Of a stretch of DNA of 64,000 nt, positions 37,462-46,487 are shown piece after piece. This DNA is from a virus: IMG/VR virus record IMGVR_UViG_3300045988_172839, positions 64,001 through 128,000 of that record; one strand, written 5' to 3'. Under the pieces are notes generated by a model. That model searched no databases. It was not told the origin of the DNA and saw only the letters and a list, made by a program, of their open reading frames with translations. Each line of letters opens with the position of its first letter. The stretch's first letter is position 1. Both the position numbers and the translations under genes were made by a program.

Positions 37462-40400
37462 TTATCTATCTTCTTTGCGCTTTCTTCCAAGGAAAGACAA
37501 ACCAAGTAAAGCAAGTAAACCATACCCACCTACTGAAAGTGCAGCCGTGTCTCCACCACCTGTATTTGGAAGTTGTGGAGTTTTTGGTGTTGGTTTAGTT
37601 GGTGTTGGTGGAACATCAGTGCGTGTCTTAACAGTATTTGAAGAAACTTCGATACCGTTAACAATGTGTGACACCTTGTTCTCAACCTCACCGGCTTGAA
37701 TACGAGTCATTTCAACAAAGACATCAGCTTGGAACTCAGAGTCTTTCGTGATTGAACGCAAGAACTCTTCTTTTAGACCAATTTCAAGCTGGCCTTTAGC
37801 TTTATCTTCTTTCAACCAAGCGTAAGTAGTTAAGTCATCGCCTGCTTTGAAGTGTTTACCATCAGCAGTTACAAAATCACGTTTTGCAATTACTTTATAC
37901 TTACCATCAAAACGGTCATGAGTTTCTTGGTAGTCATCTACAAACTTGTACTCGAACAAGTCATCCGCACGGTTACTTGGAATAAGTGTTCCTGTAAATG
38001 AATAGTAGAAGATTTGACCTAAAGTAATCTTTTGACCATCTTTAGACTCTTTATCTCCAATAGAAATCACAACATCTTTCTTAGTTTCAAACTTAGGAAT
38101 GTTGTTTACTACTGTTGTAGTCACCTCTGCAACTCCAAAGTCAATTTGATAAGCAGTATTTTCATACTTACCACCAGTTTTACCGAACTGTTCTTTGATT
38201 TTCATTGGATTAATAATGGTAATTGTGTCACCTGTTTGAACATACTTAGCGTAGAACTCTTCAGGATTTTCAGCTTCCCAAACTTGGAAGGCACCTTTAG
38301 GTTTAAATCCACGCTCAATTAAAGCATTACGAACTACTTCTGGTGCTTTTTCAATACTTTCATAAATAGTGTATTTCAAACCTTTCACTTCTTGACCTTT
38401 AGAGTCAGAAAGTTTAATACCATCAGAAAGTACATCTAACACATCTTCTGGATAATCATCAGCAATAAAGAAACCTTGTGCAATACGAGATTTGTCAGCT
38501 TGGATACCCTTGTATTGTGAGTAATCAGCAGTTACATGATAGTAGTTAGTTGATCCTGCAAATACTTGCTTACCATCAATGTTTACTCCAACCTTGTCGA
38601 AATTTGCTTTCTTAGGATTTGGTTTCACTACTTTGTTCACTACTGTTTCTGTTACCATTGCAAGACCAAAATCAAGTTGGTAAGCAGTATTCTTATACTC
38701 AGCTACTTTACCTAACATTTCTTTACGAACTGTCATAGGATTAGTAATTGTAAGAACCTCACCTGTCTTCACATACTTGTCGTAGAACTCAGTTGGGTTT
38801 TCAGCAGTTAAGACTTGAATAGCACCTTTAGGTGTATAACCTGCAGATTTAAGTGACTCTTGAACTCCTTTCGGAGCGTCTGCAAGTGTCTTGTAAACAG
38901 TTGACTTCAAACCAGTTACAAGGTTGCCTTTAGAATCTTTTACAACAATCTCATTCTCATTGACTGAAACTGCTTCTTCTGGGAAATCATCAACAATGTG
39001 GAAACCGTTCGCAATTCTGTTAGCGTCCGCTTCGATTCCTTTATAAGCACTATAATCAGCAGTTAATGTGTAATAGTTGACTGTTCCAGCTACTACTGGT
39101 TTACCATTAATACTTACACCGGCTTTATTCAAGTTCTTCTTGTGTGGGTTTGTTTTAGGTACACTATTTGAAACAGTTTCAGTTTCAGCAACCAAACCAA
39201 AATCAAGTTGATAAGCCGTATTTTGGTACTTAGCTCCCGTTTGATTTAACTTAGCAGAAACCGTCATAGGGTTTTTAACAGTCAACGTTTCCCCTGTTTT
39301 CACATACTTATTGTAATAAGCAACTGGATCAACCGCTTCAAAGACTTGAATAGCACCTTTAGGTTGAATATTTCTCTTAGCAAAGGCTTTTTGAACCTTT
39401 TCAGGAGCATCTGCTAAAGAGTTGTAGATAGTTTGTTTCAAACCTTCTACTTCATTACCTTTAGAATCAAGAACTTTCACATCTTTTTCATTGATAGATA
39501 CCACATCTTCTGGGAAATCATCTGCAATAAAGAAACCATTTTGAATTTTGTCTTCATCTGCTTCAATACTTTTGTATTGGTCATAACGAACAGTCAACTC
39601 ATAATAGTTAGTAGACCCTGCAAGAACTTGTTTACCATTGATGTTAACATGAGCAGCGTTAAAGTTTGCCTTATTAGGTTTAGGAGCTGGCACACTGTTT
39701 ACAACTGTCTCAGTCACTTTAGCAGAACCAAAGTCAAGTTGGTAAGCAGTATTTTCATACTTAGCACCTGTTTGGTTCAAGTGAGCTTTAACTGTCATTG
39801 GTACAGTAAGTGTAAGCACTTCACCTGCACGAACATACTTATTGTAAAACTCAGTACGATTTTCAAATTCAATAACTTGAATAGCACCTTTTGGTTGATA
39901 CCCTTGAAGTTTGAGAGCATCTTGCACCTCTTTAGGTGCATCTGCTACCGATTTATAAACCTTAGAAGTATAACCTTTTACTGCTTGACCTTTAGAGTCA
40001 ACTACCTTAATACCGTTAGTGTCAATATCTACTGCTTCTTCTGGATAATCATCCACAAAGTAGAAACCTTTCGCTACACGGTCTTTTTCAGCTTCAATTC
40101 CTTTATAATCAGAATAATCAGCAGTTAATGTGTAGTAGTTCGTAGAGCCTGCAAGAACTTGTTTACCGTTGATGTCAACACCTTTGGCATTCAAGTTTTT
40201 CTTATGTGGATCTGTTTTAGGTACACGATTTTCTACAATGTCAGCTTGGTAGCCATTACCAAAGTCTACTTGGTAAGCAGTATTTTGATATGATGCACCT
40301 TTACGGTCAAGTGACTGTTTCACCCTCATTGAGTCAACAATCGTTACAGAATTACCTTTAGAAACGTATTTATCAAAGAACTCTTGAGGGTTATCAGCCA

Positions 40401-43400
40401 TGAAGACTTGGAAAGCACCTTTAGGTTTGATACCACTAGTTTCAAGAATGGCTTTGATTTTAGGGTCTTTTACTTCTTCAATAGAGTTAAAGTGGTACTC
40501 AGTGATACCCTTAACTTCTGCACCGTTAGAATCGAATGCGCGAATTTCTCCACGCTCAATATCAAGCGCTTCTTCTGGGTAATCTTCTACAACACCAAAA
40601 CCTTTTTGAATAGCATCAGAACCACCCTTAATACCTTTGTACTTACTGTAGTCCATTGTTACATGGTAGTAATTCACTGAACCTGCAAGAACTTGTTTAC
40701 CATCAATTTTCACACCATCTTTATTGTAGTTTACTTTCACTGGTTTTGTTCCACCAGGTGTTGTAACTTCTACAATATTAGAATAAACTTCGTATTTGTT
40801 ATTCAAGTTCAAATGGAAGTTATTCTTATAAACAGCGTTATCATTTGTAACCTCTCCGTAAACCTTCAAAACTGGTACGTTGTAAGCAGTTGACAGATTT
40901 GCATTTATCTTATCGATACCACTCTTTTTCAGTACCCCTGTTAAACGGTGTGCTGACTCATCATAAGTAATAGTGTAGTCACTATTTTGAGCTTGAGTTT
41001 TAGCAAGGTTTAACTGATACCCTTGTGGTAAATTATCATGAATTTCGTAAACCTCAGTAACTTCGCGGTTTCTTGGAAGTGGTTTAGTTTCTAACTCCCA
41101 AACAACCTCAGACATCTTAGGTACATTGGATTTGTTGATGTTTGCTCCAAGATTGTTCTTAACATACTTCTCAACTTCTGGTGTTGTTTTCAACAAAGCA
41201 TAGCGAACATGAATAGTTCTAGGTGAAATCGGAGTTGGTACTGGTTTCTCCACTGGTTTCGGAGGAGCTGGAGGGAGAGGAACATGAGGTACATCTGGTG
41301 TCTCTGTAGGTAGAGGTTTCAATGGATTCTCTACTGGAGGTACAATAGGAGTTTTATCCTTCTCGTTGTACTTAGGTTCATTTGGTTTCTTCTCAGTAAA
41401 CTCACTTGGTTTAGGTGGCTCTTTAGGGAGAGGAACATGACCCACCTCAGTTGGTCTTTCAACTGGAGGTTTCTCCGGTGTAGGCACTGGTTTATTTAAA
41501 GTGTCTTTCTCTTTCTGTTTAAGCTCTGGAACTTCTGGTGGATTTGGAACCTCTGGTGGAACCAATTTCTTAACAACCGATTTTCCACCCCAAAGTTGGA
41601 AAGCGTACCCTGCTGCATAAAGTTCAAAATCTGTTTGAATCTTACGACCGTAGAACTTATCCTCATAGTCCGTAACTCGACGGTATTCTCTCGCTTGAGC
41701 TTCTGTGTAGGTCTGGGTACCACGAAGACCTTCAGCCAAATAGGTTAACTTATGAACAGCACCTTTACCTACAGTTAAAATTGTACCTTTAGGTGTATCA
41801 AAGAAGTCGTTCACGTCTGTATAATAAGGATCACCAGCTTTCCAACGTTTCAAACCAGTATCATCATCTGAAGTGTGAGTACCATCTGAGTGGATACCCA
41901 TCCAAACCTGTTTCCCTTTATAAGTAGTACGAGCCACTTCTGAACCTGGAGGGTTAATTACTGCACCTGTATCTTCATCAGTATTGTAAGTATGACGAAC
42001 AGCTTGAGTATAGTCCAAGTCTGCATAAATTGTAGTAGTACCTAAATTTAAAGGTCTACCCGTTGCTTCATCATAATAATGAATATCCCACTCATTATTC
42101 AAGTAGTTATATGGGTTAAAACCAATAGGAGAAATCGGGCCTTGACTACCATCTTTATACCACCAAACCCATAAACGAGTGTAAGTATCTTTATTACCTG
42201 GAATATCAAAACTCTTAGAAGGAGTTGTTCTTGACACTAATCGAGCAGAAATCGTTTTACCTGTCGTTGTACGACCTACATTATGCAAAGTGAAGGTCGA
42301 ACCTTGTTTGATACCGGTGATGATTTTTCCACCTAAACGCTCAGTGTTACCATACAAACCTTTTGCAACGTTAGGGTCTTCTTGAAGGTCTTTATCTAAA
42401 GTTAAAGTCGTCTTAGAATTAGCACCTAAAGCACCTTCAACTACTTCTAAACCTTTCTCTGGTGTGAAAACTGCAGTAACATCAGAGTAGTAATCCATAG
42501 AACCACGTTTAGACTCATTCAAAGTACCGTAAAGTGTTACCCCATTCCCTTGAGCTAAAATAGGTTTTTTCTTAACCTCATCAACTTCACGATTATAAGT
42601 TTTTAACTCTTCTTCATAAGTAGCTTTAGCTAACTTATAACGAGTCATAGCTGCATCATACTTATCTTGCTCTGCTTTGTTTTCTTTATCAATCTGAGCG
42701 TTTCGTTTATTTAACTCAGCTAATGCAGACTCATAAGCAGCTTGCGCAGTTGAGTTTGCTTTACGAATAGCTTCATTCTCTTTATTTCGAGCTTCCACTG
42801 CTTTCGTATAAGCATCTTTGTTCGCCTTGTTGGTTTTATCAATCTCAGCGTTCCGAGTATTCGCAACCTCTAAATCTTTACGATATTGCTCCAGCTTTTG
42901 ACGATAAGTAGTCATATCTGCGTCAGATTGAGTTTTACGCTCAGTCCATTTACCTAATTCAGACTCATAAGCTGACTTAGCGGCTGCATTGTCTTTGTCG
43001 ATTTGAGCATTTTTCGCAACTTGATCTGCTACTGCTTTTTCATAGCGAGATTTAGCAGCTTGATTATCTTTCTTGATTTGCTCATTTTCAGACTTAATAG
43101 CTTCTACCTTAGCTAAATGTTGCTCATGTTTTACTTGATTGTTTTTATCAATTTGAGCATTTTTATCATTAGCCGTTTTTAAATCTGTTTGATATTTCGC
43201 TTGAGCATCTTCATAGTCTTTCTTAGCTTTTGCATTTTCTTCTTTAACAATCTTAATTTCTTGGTTACGAGTTGCAACCTCTTCTTTAAAACGGTCAGCT
43301 TCTTTCTTCACAACTTCTGCTTGGTTGTCATAATTTTGCTCAATCTCTTTTTGGCGTTTCTCCAAATCAGAAGAACTTGTTGCAGTACCACCATCTGCTG

Positions 43401-43713
43401 GCGCATCAACAACAACATTCAAACCTGCAGCTTTCGCTTCGGATACCGCATTATCTACCTTGTTACGGTTGACGGTTACATCAAGTGTACCTTCTTTAGC
43501 TTTAGCGCTTTCTTGGCTTTCTAAAGCACTAGGAGTTGGTGCGTTTTGTACTTGTTTGGCATTTGTAGCATTATTTGTTACTTCATCCGCACTTACAGTA
43601 CCACTACTTAAAGCAGTACCCAAAGCTGCAAGACCGAGAATAACACCACAAGCACCATAATGTTTCACTTTACGGATACTTCCGTATGTTTTTGTTTCTG
43701 CACTTCTGCTCAT
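37462..43713 (-). CDS. Antigen I/II-family LPXTG adhesin (2083 aa) with expanded C-terminal domain array
   Basis: YSIRK-type signal (KTYGSIRKVKHYG...). Ala-rich A-region repeats contain a recurring KNAQIDK(N/D/E)N motif (about nt 42559-43356). The V-region-like globular domain lies at about 41563-42555. The proline-rich P region (PPEVPNPPEVPE ... PLPPAPPKP) lies at about 41218-41562. Five tandem 177 aa domains and a terminal domain follow. The sorting signal is LPNTG (37558-37572) followed by a TM helix and RKRKEDR. Confidence 0.8.
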   Translation of the reverse strand: MSRSAETKTYGSIRKVKHYGACGVILGLAALGTALSSGTVSADEVTNNATNAKQVQNAPTPSALESQESAKAKEGTLDVTVNRNKVDNAVSEAKAAGLNVVVDAPADGGTATSSSDLEKRQKEIEQNYDNQAEVVKKEADRFKEEVATRNQEIKIVKEENAKAKKDYEDAQAKYQTDLKTANDKNAQIDKNNQVKHEQHLAKVEAIKSENEQIKKDNQAAKSRYEKAVADQVAKNAQIDKDNAAAKSAYESELGKWTERKTQSDADMTTYRQKLEQYRKDLEVANTRNAEIDKTNKANKDAYTKAVEARNKENEAIRKANSTAQAAYESALAELNKRNAQIDKENKAEQDKYDAAMTRYKLAKATYEEELKTYNREVDEVKKKPILAQGNGVTLYGTLNESKRGSMDYYSDVTAVFTPEKGLEVVEGALGANSKTTLTLDKDLQEDPNVAKGLYGNTERLGGKIITGIKQGSTFTLHNVGRTTTGKTISARLVSRTTPSKSFDIPGNKDTYTRLWVWWYKDGSQGPISPIGFNPYNYLNNEWDIHYYDEATGRPLNLGTTTIYADLDYTQAVRHTYNTDEDTGAVINPPGSEVARTTYKGKQVWMGIHSDGTHTSDDDTGLKRWKAGDPYYTDVNDFFDTPKGTILTVGKGAVHKLTYLAEGLRGTQTYTEAQAREYRRVTDYEDKFYGRKIQTDFELYAAGYAFQLWGGKSVVKKLVPPEVPNPPEVPELKQKEKDTLNKPVPTPEKPPVERPTEVGHVPLPKEPPKPSEFTEKKPNEPKYNEKDKTPIVPPVENPLKPLPTETPDVPHVPLPPAPPKPVEKPVPTPISPRTIHVRYALLKTTPEVEKYVKNNLGANINKSNVPKMSEVVWELETKPLPRNREVTEVYEIHDNLPQGYQLNLAKTQAQNSDYTITYDESAHRLTGVLKKSGIDKINANLSTAYNVPVLKVYGEVTNDNAVYKNNFHLNLNNKYEVYSNIVEVTTPGGTKPVKVNYNKDGVKIDGKQVLAGSVNYYHVTMDYSKYKGIKGGSDAIQKGFGVVEDYPEEALDIERGEIRAFDSNGAEVKGITEYHFNSIEEVKDPKIKAILETSGIKPKGAFQVFMADNPQEFFDKYVSKGNSVTIVDSMRVKQSLDRKGASYQNTAYQVDFGNGYQADIVENRVPKTDPHKKNLNAKGVDINGKQVLAGSTNYYTLTADYSDYKGIEAEKDRVAKGFYFVDDYPEEAVDIDTNGIKVVDSKGQAVKGYTSKVYKSVADAPKEVQDALKLQGYQPKGAIQVIEFENRTEFYNKYVRAGEVLTLTVPMTVKAHLNQTGAKYENTAYQLDFGSAKVTETVVNSVPAPKPNKANFNAAHVNINGKQVLAGSTNYYELTVRYDQYKSIEADEDKIQNGFFIADDFPEDVVSINEKDVKVLDSKGNEVEGLKQTIYNSLADAPEKVQKAFAKRNIQPKGAIQVFEAVDPVAYYNKYVKTGETLTVKNPMTVSAKLNQTGAKYQNTAYQLDFGLVAETETVSNSVPKTNPHKKNLNKAGVSINGKPVVAGTVNYYTLTADYSAYKGIEADANRIANGFHIVDDFPEEAVSVNENEIVVKDSKGNLVTGLKSTVYKTLADAPKGVQESLKSAGYTPKGAIQVLTAENPTEFYDKYVKTGEVLTITNPMTVRKEMLGKVAEYKNTAYQLDFGLAMVTETVVNKVVKPNPKKANFDKVGVNIDGKQVFAGSTNYYHVTADYSQYKGIQADKSRIAQGFFIADDYPEDVLDVLSDGIKLSDSKGQEVKGLKYTIYESIEKAPEVVRNALIERGFKPKGAFQVWEAENPEEFYAKYVQTGDTITIINPMKIKEQFGKTGGKYENTAYQIDFGVAEVTTTVVNNIPKFETKKDVVISIGDKESKDGQKITLGQIFYYSFTGTLIPSNRADDLFEYKFVDDYQETHDRFDGKYKVIAKRDFVTADGKHFKAGDDLTTYAWLKEDKAKGQLEIGLKEEFLRSITKDSEFQADVFVEMTRIQAGEVENKVSHIVNGIEVSSNTVKTRTDVPPTPTKPTPKTPQLPNTGGGDTAALSVGGYGLLALLGLSFLGRKRKEDR
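38074..40731 (-). repeat. Five tandem, diverged 531 bp coding repeats (177 aa AgI/II C-domain-like modules)
   Basis: The repeats start at residues about 995, 1173, 1350, 1527 and 1704. Each carries N(L/F)N..GV.I(N/D)GKQVLAGS.NYY ... PKGA(I/F)QV ... Y(E/Q)NTAYQ(L/V/I)DFG. Confidence 0.8.
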
Positions 43714-43833
43714 GTAAAATTCAAATCCTTTCTTTTACATAAAATAAATTTTGGTAAGTAAACCTTACCAACTAATCATCTAAACAACCTCATTCAAACA
43801 TAAATCGGAAACGAGCTTGTTTCTACTTTGACA

Positions 43834-43862
43834 ATTATAGCACAAGGGTTAATAGTAGTCAA
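43834..43862 (-). promoter_or_regulatory. Sigma-A promoter with extended -10 for the adhesin gene
   Basis: On the minus strand: TTGACT (43862-43857), a 17 bp spacer, then TGCTATAAT (-10 at 43839-43834). The 5' UTR is about 115 nt. Confidence 0.7.
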
Positions 43863-43920
43863 GGTTCAAACTCAAAAAACTTAGAAAAAGCCTATATTTT
43901 GCCAATTATTTAATATGCTA

Positions 43921-43964
43921 AATCTAATAAAAGTTGGGTTAAGTTTAATAACTACAACCCAACT
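43921..43964 (-). terminator. Probable rho-independent terminator overlapping the last codons of the kinase gene
   Basis: On the minus strand: AGTTGGGTT, a 15 nt loop, AACCCAACT, then TTTATTAGATT. Confidence 0.5.
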
Positions 43965-44821
43965 GAGGTTAAATATTCCAAAGTATTTACCCCATTAGTA
44001 TCTTGTGGGTAATACAGATTCAACTGACGTTTCATTAAATTCCACTGATGCGACATATCTAAAACAGTCCAATTTGATAATTCAGATTGTAATAAATTAA
44101 CAAATTTAACAACATCAAAGTCGTAAGGATACCACTCAACCGCTTTGCTATTACTTTTCAAAGTTGTCCCAAAAGGTTGCATTTTAATCTGCTTATCTCT
44201 GTGTAAATAAACCCGCTTTAGAAATAAGGAATTTTCACCTACACCTAAACTAAACCCTTGATCAAACAACAAAGAAGTTCTAAAGCAATTTAAGTCAGAA
44301 TCAAACATTAAACCAAAATTTTGAAAATGTCTATCTGTATTTATGAAGATTGTATCTAATGTCACAAAAGCTGAGAAATATCTATAACTATCGTCGTAAG
44401 AAACTTGACCTTTAGAATACCACCTGAGTATATTTTGTAATTCCAATACTCGGTCTTGAATAGACAAACGCAAGTACTTTTTATCCATCCAATATTGAAA
44501 CAAGACTATTCGCCTATCTTCACTAGGTTTATTCCAATATTGTTGATTTATCTTATTAACTAATTTTGAATCAAAAGCATAAAGATAATCTAATATAATT
44601 TGAAACATAGGTATAAAAGAATATCTAGGTTTATAAGAAGGACTTTTACTGATATTTGGGAAAATATACCGATACGGTACAAAGTCTTTAAAAGATGTAG
44701 ACTCTAAAAATAGAGAAATTAAAAACTCCGATAGAGCTTCACCACCAAACGAATCTACCTTCAGAAAGTACTTTCCATCATAATGTTTAGGTTGATTACC
44801 TTTAGGAGACAATGACATCAC
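43952..44821 (-). CDS. HipA-family Ser/Thr kinase core (HipT-like toxin candidate)
   Basis: An N-terminal SLSPKGNQPK resembles the HipA Gly-rich loop (S-L-x-G-x-Q-x-K). The catalytic-loop-like motif is NTDRHFQNFG, followed by FDQGFSLG. The start is GTG at 44821 or ATG at 44818, overlapping the upstream TGA. Confidence 0.65.
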   Translation of the reverse strand: MMSLSPKGNQPKHYDGKYFLKVDSFGGEALSEFLISLFLESTSFKDFVPYRYIFPNISKSPSYKPRYSFIPMFQIILDYLYAFDSKLVNKINQQYWNKPSEDRRIVLFQYWMDKKYLRLSIQDRVLELQNILRWYSKGQVSYDDSYRYFSAFVTLDTIFINTDRHFQNFGLMFDSDLNCFRTSLLFDQGFSLGVGENSLFLKRVYLHRDKQIKMQPFGTTLKSNSKAVEWYPYDFDVVKFVNLLQSELSNWTVLDMSHQWNLMKRQLNLYYPQDTNGVNTLEYLTSVGL

Positions 44822-45165
44822 ATAGCACCCCCTGCGCGTAATACATCATAATAGGATTGGAAGCCTTTATTATATGGTTCGTCAAATTCAAGCCAAAAAC
44901 CATCTTCAACATCACAAGCTCTATGCGAAAGCAACTCATCCAATAAGGTAGGGTTTTCTTTCCCAATAATTTGACGTCTTCCCCAATGTTCAGGTATTCT
45001 ACGAGACTCAAACTCCCCAGTGAAACCTCGCTCAGTTAAATCATAAAAAGTAAATCTATTTGCAAGAGGAATATCTAAAACTTCAACTTTCGCAACCGAG
45101 TCATCAGATAAAACCAAGTTTGCAACACTCGTATCATAATGTTTCAGAACTGCGTTTAATACCAT
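44818..45165 (-). CDS. Small protein (115 aa) resembling the HipA N-terminal subdomain (HipS-like)
   Basis: AGGAGG lies 7 nt upstream of the ATG at 45165. The longer track ORF to 45282 runs through the promoter and terminator, so it is rejected. The gene is translationally coupled to the kinase gene. The similarity to the HipA N-domain is loose (FESRRIPEH, LLDELLSHRACDVEDGFWL). Confidence 0.5.
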   Translation of the reverse strand: MVLNAVLKHYDTSVANLVLSDDSVAKVEVLDIPLANRFTFYDLTERGFTGEFESRRIPEHWGRRQIIGKENPTLLDELLSHRACDVEDGFWLEFDEPYNKGFQSYYDVLRAGGAM

Positions 45166-45193
45166 AGGAAACCTCCTGATTTTATTATGAAAT

Positions 45194-45222
45194 ATTTTAC
45201 CACAAATCAAACAAAAAGTCAA
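45194..45222 (-). promoter_or_regulatory. Sigma-A promoter with extended -10; -35 embedded in the preceding terminator stem
   Basis: On the minus strand: TTGACT (45222-45217), a 17 bp spacer, then TGGTAAAAT (-10 at 45199-45194). Confidence 0.7.
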
Positions 45223-45243
45223 GAGTAGATACCTTTGACTTTT
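45208..45243 (-). terminator. Rho-independent terminator
   Basis: On the minus strand: AAAAGTCAA, a 12 nt loop, TTGACTTTT, then TGTTTG. The 3' arm is also the -35 of the next promoter. Confidence 0.55.
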
Positions 45244-45247
45244 TAGT

Positions 45248-45391
45248 TTATAAGATATGGAAGAGCTGTAGTAAGTAAGCAACGATTACAAAAACTACTA
45301 CAACCGAAAAGATAAAACGTAGGCTTTTCTTAATGGTCTTTAAAATCAATCCAAGAATAAAGCCAATAAGCAATAAGGTAATAAAGTTCAT
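45248..45391 (-). CDS. Possible 47 aa two-helix hydrophobic peptide
   Basis: ATG ORF below the track size cut-off: MNFITLLLIGFILGLILKTIKKSLRFIFSVVVVFVIVAYLLQLFHIL. It starts 23 nt after the DUF1002 gene stop and ends just before the terminator. No strong RBS is visible. Confidence 0.35.
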   Translation of the reverse strand: MNFITLLLIGFILGLILKTIKKSLRFIFSVVVVFVIVAYLLQLFHIL

Positions 45392-45414
45392 AAACTTAAA
45401 CCTATAAACTCAAA

Positions 45415-46371
45415 TTAGTGAAACGCACTAACTAAAGAGTCCCACAAAGACTTAACCCAATCAACTGCCTTCTCAAAAACACCATGCTCTTCCGCAGATT
45501 TTAAGAACTTCCCTACACTCTCAGAAATATTGTCTTTCAAGTCTCCCAACTGATTTAAAACCTCTTTCGAGTCAATCGCAGAAGTAGACTGATACCCTTT
45601 AGCGAATTGAACAAGTTGAGAGACTTGTTCATCTGAGATAATACCATCAAGCTTATTGTCTTTTAGAGCTTTCTTAACAATTAGCTCGACTTTCTTATCG
45701 TCAGCCACTTGACCTTTGTTTTGCTTTTCTTTTGCTAGTTCAGTTTTAATTTGAATTAAAGCGTTATCTAACAATTTACTATCAAAGCCTTTAGCATCTT
45801 TGTTAGCTTCAGCAATCTGAGCAGTTGTTGAAACTTCTTGGTTGGCAATCTCAGTTCGTTTTGCATCTACTTCTTGACCGTTTGCTTCAAGAGCCTTAGA
45901 AACACCAACTAAGGCAGACTCACCTGTTACTTTTACAGGGGCAGACACTTCAATCGCTAAATCTGTTGCTCCTGCAGTTATTGCAGCATTGCGATATTGA
46001 GTCTCAGTTACACGTGTAATATTATCTGGAGTCACAATTTTTACTGTTATACCCTTGCCTTTGTCTTGTTTGGCTACCAAGGTAGAAGAAATCAAAGAAA
46101 CACCGTTAACATCCGACTCGTTCATATACTTACCGTAGTCTTTCTTAGAAACTACTTGGCGCTTCACATTTGCTACATCATTCACATTGAAAGATTTATT
46201 AACCTCTTCAACTTGAGAGTCTGTTAAGCTACCACCGTAAACCAAAGTAGGTTTGCCCCACTTCTCATCAATCATGTCTGTTTGAATGCTAGCGTGTACT
46301 ACTTGCGTTCCCAATCCCAGAGCTAGGATAGATAAAGCGGATACCGAGAGGTATTTGATTTTGTTTTTCAT
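45415..46371 (-). CDS. Secreted DUF1002 (YpuA-like) protein
   Basis: The signal peptide is MKNKIKYLSVSALSILALGLGTQVVHA. The block DNITRVTETQYRNAAITAGATDLAIEVSAPVKVTGESALVGVSKALE matches the DUF1002 core as I recall it. Confidence 0.65.
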   Translation of the reverse strand: MKNKIKYLSVSALSILALGLGTQVVHASIQTDMIDEKWGKPTLVYGGSLTDSQVEEVNKSFNVNDVANVKRQVVSKKDYGKYMNESDVNGVSLISSTLVAKQDKGKGITVKIVTPDNITRVTETQYRNAAITAGATDLAIEVSAPVKVTGESALVGVSKALEANGQEVDAKRTEIANQEVSTTAQIAEANKDAKGFDSKLLDNALIQIKTELAKEKQNKGQVADDKKVELIVKKALKDNKLDGIISDEQVSQLVQFAKGYQSTSAIDSKEVLNQLGDLKDNISESVGKFLKSAEEHGVFEKAVDWVKSLWDSLVSAFH

Positions 46372-46427
46372 AATAGAAATCCTTTATTTATAACTAATTT
46401 GACTTACTGTTTCGTAAGATTGACTTC

Positions 46428-46456
46428 ATTATAGCACCACTACAAGAAAAATGCAA
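46428..46456 (-). promoter_or_regulatory. Sigma-A promoter with extended -10
   Basis: On the minus strand: TTGCAT (46456-46451), a 17 bp spacer, then TGCTATAAT (-10 at 46433-46428). Confidence 0.7.
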
Positions 46457-46487
46457 GAAGAAAACCAAAGCAGTTAACTTTGGTTTT
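46457..46487 (-). terminator. Rho-independent terminator
   Basis: On the minus strand: AAAACCAAAG, loop TTAACTG, CTTTGGTTTT, running straight into the -35 of the next promoter. Confidence 0.7.

Noticed and set aside
38074-40731. Regularly spaced repeats that could be mistaken for a CRISPR-like or satellite array.
   Set aside because: The period is 531 bp, the copies are diverged, and they are in frame within one ORF. They are protein domain repeats of the AgI/II adhesin.
45166-45282. The N-terminal extension of track ORF 44818-45282, and nested ORF 44802-45011.
   Set aside because: The extension crosses a terminator and a consensus promoter. A strong AGGAGG lies in front of the internal ATG at 45165. 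The nested ORF is an alternative frame within the two HipA-like genes.
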